Of a stretch of DNA of 64,000 bases, positions 57,053-64,000 are shown in pieces. The position numbers and the translations under genes were made by a program. Positions within the stretch are counted from its first letter, which is position 1. Each line of letters begins with the position of its first letter. The DNA lies in contig OX597836.1 of the NCBI GenBank assembly GCA_951406725.2, positions 49,414,001 through 49,478,000 of the forward strand. Reading direction: 5' to 3'. The DNA is from Octopus vulgaris (Eukaryota). A model generated the notes under the pieces. That model was given only the letters and a program-made list of their open reading frames with translations, did not search any database and was not told the DNA's origin.

Positions 57053-57493
57053 TCCGTTATAAATGTAATTTGCTGGACTAGATGCAAACACGATACCGAA
57101 ATATCGCGTGCATGGAGTTCAGCCTATTACATTTGAATATATCTTTCAAATGCCTTTACTTTGGCGCGTTGAAACCCGAGAAAACTAGCCTGCAGCTAAT
57201 AATTAGCAGCAGTTAATTTATCGGTTAGAGAACATATTTATTTATATAAAATTAATTAAGGGTAGAAATTGATATTTATCAATTAAGACCAGTGGTCTAG
57301 CATATTAAAAAAAATCCGAAGATTAAAATATTTATATATACCAATTAAGGACTGAACACGAAAAGTGGACAGTCAACATGCTAGATATAGACGTCAAATC
57401 GCCATTCACCACAAAAGATTATGTTCTCAGATCAAACTCAACACAAAACCATAGCAATAAACAAGTGAAAAATATACGAAATAAAATAATTAC

Positions 57494-57558
57494 CCATGTA
57501 CTAACTTAGTTTCAGCTGTTATTTTCCGCAAGGAAAACTGCAGCCATCATCAGCATGG
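57494..57558 (-). ncRNA. Type I hammerhead ribozyme, array unit 5
   Basis: Identical to unit 1. Confidence 0.88.
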
Positions 57559-57785
57559 TCCGTTATAAATGTAATTTGCTGGACTAGATGCAAACACGAT
57601 ACCGAAATATCGCGTGCATGGAGTTCAGCCTATTACATTTGAATATATCTTTCAAATGCCTTTACTTTGGCGCGTTGAAACCCGAGAAAACTAGCCTGCA
57701 GCTAATAATTAGCAGCAGTTAATTTATCGGTTAGAGAACATATTTATTTATATAAAATTAATTAAGGGTAGAAATTGATATTTAT

Positions 57786-58200
57786 AAATAAATAAATATG
57801 TTCTCTAACCGATAAATTAACTGCTGCTAATTATTAGCTGCAGGCTAGTTTTCTCGGGTTTCAACGCGCCAAAGTAAAGGCATTTGAAAGATATATTCAA
57901 ATGTAATAGGCTGAACTCCATGCACGCGATATTTCGGTATCGTGTTTGCATCTAGTCCAGCAAATTACATTTATAACGGACCATGCTGATGATGGCTGCA
58001 GTTTTCCTTGCGGAAAATAACAGCTGAAACTAAGTTAGTACATGGGTAATTATTTTATTTCGTATATTTTTCACTTGTTTATTGCTATGGTTTTGTGTTG
58101 AGTTTGATCTGAGAACATAATCTTTTGTGGTGAATGGCGATTTGACGTCTATATCTAGCATGTTGACTGTCCACTTTTCGTGTTCAGTCCTTAATTGGTA
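57786..58200 (+). repeat. Inverted partial (~415 bp) copy of the array unit
   Basis: Reverse complement of ~57340-57750; ends in (TA)n. Confidence 0.95.
57981..58045 (+). ncRNA. Type I hammerhead ribozyme, inverted copy
   Basis: CCATG (57981) CTGATGA (57986-92) ... GAAA (58026-29) CTAAGTTAG TA; cut predicted after 58040; CATGG (58041-45). Confidence 0.88.
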
Positions 58201-58835
58201 TATATATATATATATATTTATATACTTATTACTCCCGAGGGGAGGCAATGTGAGCAGCAACTAAAGGAACATTACAAAATCCACAGAAAGTTCAAATATA
58301 TACATTTATTCATATATTCATTTATATCTACAGAACATATTTAAAGTCCGAATTTTAAAAATATAATAATATATAAATATATAAACATCATATAAAATAT
58401 ATAAATATATAAGAATCAGTGTTGCATATATAACACATTGAATTTATGTTTAAAATCATAAAACATTTGATAAAAATTTGATAAATTAAAAATTTGGGAT
58501 AATGAAACATACAATGACATTAAAATGATGTATTAAAATTCCAGAGAAAATACAGAAAAGATAAATATACAAAATTACAAAAATACAAAAATGTTCATCT
58601 ATTATATATTTTGAGTGTTGTTGTCACTAGCGATCTCAAGATATAACTTTTTATTTTGTAATTTATATATATATATATCTACTTTGTGCCTTGCGCAGAT
58701 CATTACGCCAATAATAAAACACAAACGCTGGTTCAATATCACTTCTTTTCTATTATTAGTAAATTGGTTAAATATCCAACCAACTAATCGGTTGTTTGTG
58801 AAAGTCCTTTGTCGTTATTCGCGACCTCTTCAATG

Positions 58836-58921
<86 letters not shown>

Positions 58922-59033
58922 GTCTGTGTTGAGTCATTAGTGCAATGACCCCCACCCCAAGACACAACAACATTTGTTTCAACAAGAATTCACATCAAGA
59001 ATCCTGCAAATCAAATACAGAAACAAAGTGTGT

Positions 59034-59066
<33 letters not shown>

Positions 59067-59417
59067 CACGTGATCACGTGACCGACCAGACCATCAGATG
59101 TTGTTACACATCGCTGGTCACAATGCGTTCGCATTGTTTTAGCCTTCGAATGACGCCACCCCGCTGGCTAAGCGAGCAGGCCAATATATATATATATACG
59201 CACACACACGCACGCACGCACACACATACACACACACACACGCATACATATATATGCATGCATGTATGTATATATCTATATATATGCACGTATATATATA
59301 TGTATGTTAGGGATCTTTCCTGAATAAATACCGAGCATGGCAGTCGTAAATAAACTAAACTGACTATAAAAAGCCTTACTACACCGAGAAGATATGTAAA
59401 AACAAAATATTTACTTA

Positions 59418-59463
<46 letters not shown>

Positions 59464-60137
59464 CACGCGCGCGCGCGCCAATCCGATATTACTATTTTAT
59501 ATGCTTACATGAAATATAATATCTCTTAAAACTTCGTTGAGTCAATAGTAGCCGAGGCGTAAGCAAATAAACAATAGAAACACACACACACGCGCGCGCG
59601 CATAGTACATAGGGGGCAATAACGGCAGAGGCGTAGAGTGTTTTGCTTCCATTTTCACAGTATTTCTTTTATTGCGGTACTGAATTCACGTTACGCACAA
59701 ACAATGCTGTTACGCCTCTTATATACATAAAACTTGAAAGGCAACCCAAGTTGTTGTCTGTATAACATTAAAGTTCTAATCATTTACTGAACTAAAAAAT
59801 ACTGAATTCCAGGCATTTTGAGAAATCTTTTATTTTTTATATTTAATTATTGTTATTAATATTGTTGGTGGTGAAGGCGGCGAGCTGGCAGAAATGTTAG
59901 CACGCCGGGCGAAATGCTTTGCGGTATTTCGTCTGCCACTACGTTCTGAGTTCAAAATCCGCCGAGGTCGACCTTGCCTTTTCATCCTTTCGGGGTCAAT
60001 TAAATAAGTACCAGTTACGCACTGGGATCGATGTAATCGACTTAATCCTTTCCCCAAAATTGGAGGCCTTGTGCTTCCAGTAGAAGAGATCATTAAGGCA
60101 GCGAACAGGCAGTATTGTTAGCACGCCGGAGGGGAAA

Positions 60138-60985
60138 ATGTACATGGAGGGGAAAATGTACGGTCAGTTTGCAAAAGATGTGAACACCAAGATAGATACA
60201 GAAGACCGGTGGCTATGGATGAAGAAGAATGACCTGAAGATAGAGACAGAAGCACTCATGTGTGCAGCTCAAGAACACGCCTTAAGGACCAACTATGTGA
60301 AGTGCAGAAAAGATAACACTACCAACAGCAACAAATGCAGAATGTATGGTGAGAGGGGTGAAACGGTATGGCACATCGTTAGTGAATGCCCGAAATTGGC
60401 ATATCGCGAATACAAAAGACGCCATGACAATATGGCAAGAATGATCCATTGGCAGCCCTGTGGAAATCACGGTCTACAAAGAGCAAAGATGTGGTATGAG
60501 CAAACCCCAGAAGGAGTCACCGAGAATGAAAATTGCAAAATCCTTTGGGATGCAATGATCCAGAGCGATCACCTGACCAGACAGCGGAAACCGGACAATG
60601 TAGGGTGAATAAAAAATAAAGAACATGTATGATAATCGAGGTAGCATGCCCCGATGACAACAGGATCAATGTGAAAGAAGAAGGAAAAATAAACAACTAT
60701 GACGATTTGAAGTGAGAAATACGAAGGTTGTGGTCAATGAGGAGAGTAGTAGACGTGATACCAATGGTAATTGGTGCACTTGGAAGTATCAGCACTCAAC
60801 TACCAACATGGTTGAAAAAGACTGGTACAAATGATTAGAACATCTACAAAAATCAGCACTGCTTGGAACTGCAAGAATTCTTCGCAGAGTTCTTGAAGTG
60901 TCACCTCAGTTTGCTGGCTTGAAGTGTCACCTCAGTTTGCTGGCTTTGGACAGTTGACACTTTCCATCATACTCAGCAAAATATG
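60138..60985 (+). pseudogene. R4/Dong-like (RLE-clade) LINE 3' portion
   Basis: LKIETEALMCAAQEHALRTN, CRM..ETVWHIVSECP (CCHC), YKRRHD, KILWD, RKPD (RLE), PMVIGALG, LLGTARILRRVL. Confidence 0.85.
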
Positions 60986-61166
60986 TTCTTTCCACTATAG
61001 GCACAAGGCCAGCAATTTTGGGGAAGGGTAAGTCGATCGCATCGACCTAAATACTCGACTGATAGTTATTTAATCGACGCTGAAAGGATGAAAGGCAAAG
61101 TCGACCTCGGCGGCTATTTGAACTCAGAACGTAGCAACGAATAAAATACCGCTAAGCATTTTGCCC

Positions 61167-61228
<62 letters not shown>

Positions 61229-61254
61229 GCAGTAGTAGTAGTAGTAGTAGTAGT

Positions 61255-61332
<78 letters not shown>

Positions 61333-61770
61333 GGTGGTGGTGGTGGTGGTGGTGGTAGTAGTAGTAGTAGTAATATTGCTTGACAGTTGTTTGACCTTAA
61401 CCAGTTGAGCATGCCCCTTTGTGGCTGACACTATGTGTATCTCTGATTTCGAGCAGAAGTAGTGGGGAGCATCACAACCATGTGTTGAGAGGAATTATTC
61501 AAACCCCAAAGAATTGGGGTTTGGATAATTCACTTGTGGAAACATGGGTGTTTCGTTCAACATCCTTAAACAAACCTTATTCGGGGACTTGACCCCACCT
61601 GCAAGATCGTGCGCTGTTTATCTTGATATAAGACCACCATGTCGCGCACATATGGTTGTGATGCATGTGCCTGGTGTACCGTTATCAGATGGGTAGTCAT
61701 GATGGGTATACTGGGCTTCGGATAGTTGTACCCCAGTGTCACTTTGATGGCATGCACTACTCTCTCACTC

Positions 61771-62500
61771 TGGAATACCAGACCAGATCATTTGTGACAA
61801 TGGAACCCAGTTCACATCGCGAGAATTCAAAAAGCTAGCCGATGAGTATGGGTTCAATATTACAACCTCATCTCCACACTACCCCAAAGCTCATGGATTT
61901 ATAGAACGACAGGTGCAGACACTAGTCAAATGCCGAGAGACTAAGGAAGACCCACACCTGGCACTTCTGTCCCTACGAGTGACACCACTGAGAGCTGACA
62001 TGAAATCCCCAGCAGAATTGCTGAATGGCAGGAAGTACAAAACTACCCTGCCAACTAAGATCCAACCTCCTATTGACCAGGAAGAGACAAGGGCAAAGCT
62101 AGCAACCACTCAAGAACAATCACAGAAATATTACAACAAACATGCACAATACCTACCTGAGATACTTGGAGGCCAACATGTGCATACTCAAGATCCCATA
62201 ACTAAAACATGGATCCCAGCACAGGTTGTCAGTAGAGCTGAAACTCCAATATCATATATAATAGAAACGGAATCTGGTAGGCAGCTGAGACGCAACAGGG
62301 CCCACATCCGCCCAACACCAAAGCTGTCGAGGACAACGTGTACAACACCAGCTGCATCAGTGATAACACCCACAGAATCATCCCCCCAACGGGCACCAAC
62401 CACCCATCAGCAGCCCAACAACACACCTCAGACACCGGTGCGAAGCACAAGATCCACCAGATGGAGAAAGAACATTCTGCCACCGATTCGATACCGTTAA
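61771..62500 (+). pseudogene. Gypsy/Ty3 LTR retrotransposon integrase C-terminal fragment
   Basis: GIPDQIICDNGTQFTSREF..TSSPHYPKAHGFIERQVQT..SPAELLNGRK...QLRRNRAHIRP; 5'-truncated. Confidence 0.9.
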
Positions 62501-62704
62501 AGAAAAAAAAAAAAGAAAATGAAAAGATAAATAACTAATTCTGCTAGATTACAGAGCAGAAAACCACGTGAGTAGGCAGAATAATCTCACGGTTTCTGCT
62601 GCAGAATTGCCACCTTGCGCTGACAATCCATTAGAGTAAGGGAGACTACTTATATTTGTCTTCACTGCCAAAAAACCCCTTTATTTTTTTTCAAGAAGAA
62701 GGGA

Positions 62705-62936
62705 TGTTACACATTCATATCTATGTGTATACGTAGGTATACGTATGTAGAATACATCCCCACTTTTGGCACTATTTTATTAGTAAACAGTACGAACTGT
62801 GTCTAAAGTATATAAGTATTACTGCGCCGAATGTCGAGAGTTCGTGTAACATGTAAAGTAAATAAACACGTAAAACGATAACAATGGCTTCATTTGAGTT
62901 GTCTATCACCCATCTAGAACGAAACGACACATAACA
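62705..62936 (+). mobile_element. 3' LTR of the Gypsy element (232 bp) preceded by a polypurine tract
   Basis: PPT AAGAAGAAGGGA at 62693-62704; TGTTA...TAACA termini; internal AATAAA near 62861. Confidence 0.75.
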
Positions 62937-62951
62937 ATATATACGCAATAT

Positions 62952-63046
<95 letters not shown>

Positions 63047-63138
63047 GATATATACGCAATATTGCATATATATATTTTATTATACTGTAAAGTGTTAAAA
63101 TGTATGCATAATCTCCTAATATAATAATGAGCGTTGTC

Positions 63139-63193
<55 letters not shown>

Positions 63194-63352
63194 CATAGAG
63201 CCTGGGTGAGAGGTGAAGTTAGAGGAGATAAATGGCAAAGAGAGCGTTGTATGAACGAGAAAGGAAGGGGTGATAGATAAATAATGAAGGGAGGAGTGAA
63301 AATTTCGGTAAACGGCGTTTGAAGTGTGAGTATACGTGTGTGTAAAAGAGAG

Positions 63353-63441
<89 letters not shown>

Positions 63442-63566
63442 TTGGGATGGTAATGTTCAACGGTCAAAATGTGTGAGTATATGTGTGTATGCGTGTGCAT
63501 GTACAAGAGAACTATGTGTAACTTTACATATACATGTAAAGTGATAAAAAGAAACATATAAAAAGT

Positions 63567-63745
63567 AATCCAGCCAGAATCCTTGTCGGGTCCTGGATCG
63601 TTCTCCAAATCTAATTAGTTCGTGCCAGTCACAAGGCCAAACATCCCTGAAAGTTTCATGGAGCGGTTCTTGAGATATCTTGTCCATGGACAAACAAACA
63701 CAACTGAAAACAATACCTCCGCCTTCGCTAAGGCGGAGGCAATAA
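63567..63745 (-). mobile_element. Partial DINE-1/HINE-like element
   Basis: Homologous to 46107-46295, including hairpin CCTCCGCCTT CGCT AAGGCGGAGG. Confidence 0.65.
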
Positions 63746-64000
63746 CAAGAGTGCCGTGGAGATGTTACAAAAGTTTTGCCTCCTTGGCACGGCCAGAATA
63801 ATCAGGAAAGTATTAGAGAGGTGAAAAGAACGGATAGCATGGTACCGTAGGCTGCAGGTAGCAAGACCCCCAGTGTTCATTGTCTGCGAAAGCATAAAAG
63901 GCAAAGTCGAGCTCGGCGGTATTTGAACTCAGGTAAAAGCAATATTCAGTGTACATGTGTATTCGGGTGTGATTGCGGGTGGAGTGAGGGTGCATGTGTG

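Larger units (their letters stand above)
55225..57785 (-). repeat. Tandem array of five 505-506-bp hammerhead-bearing units plus a 32-bp partial unit (retrozyme/pLTR-like)
   Basis: Units start at 55225, 55731, 56237, 56742, 57248 and 57754, differing by only a few substitutions. Confidence 0.97.

Noticed and set aside
55225-57785. CRISPR array or rDNA/snRNA gene cluster
   Set aside because: Whole 506-bp units repeat with no unique spacers, and I see no 5S, U-snRNA or SL motifs.
58030-58260. 76-aa ORF overlapping the array unit
   Set aside because: It starts in flanking (TA)n DNA, has no motif, and is not a complete ORF in the tandem units.
59065-59183. Hairpin-rich segment as a novel ribozyme
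   Set aside because: No catalytic consensus found; more likely the tail of a SINE-type repeat in (TA)n.

Overview
Repeat-saturated, AT-rich metazoan DNA with no recognisable host protein-coding gene. The very high microsatellite load and the SINE families point to a coleoid cephalopod such as Octopus; this is an inference. Most ORFs in the track are microsatellite artefacts. Recognisable elements are: a Tx1/L1-clade LINE with an open RT-zinc-knuckle frame plus two truncated copies, all in (TATC)n tracts; two decayed Penelope-like elements; several mariner/Tc1 fossils; RTE, CR1 and R4/NeSL-type LINE fragments; a Gypsy integrase with PPT and 3' LTR; DINE-1/HINE-like elements; and many tRNA-derived SINEs. 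The most notable feature is a young non-coding array at 55225-58200. It has five ~506-bp tandem units and an inverted sixth copy, and each carries an intact type I hammerhead ribozyme, so it resembles a retrozyme or Penelope pseudo-LTR able to release monomeric or circular RNA. About a dozen further hammerheads from several unrelated families are scattered through the window, often at inverted-repeat junctions next to (TA)n. Coordinates of decayed elements are approximate and all structures were read by eye.
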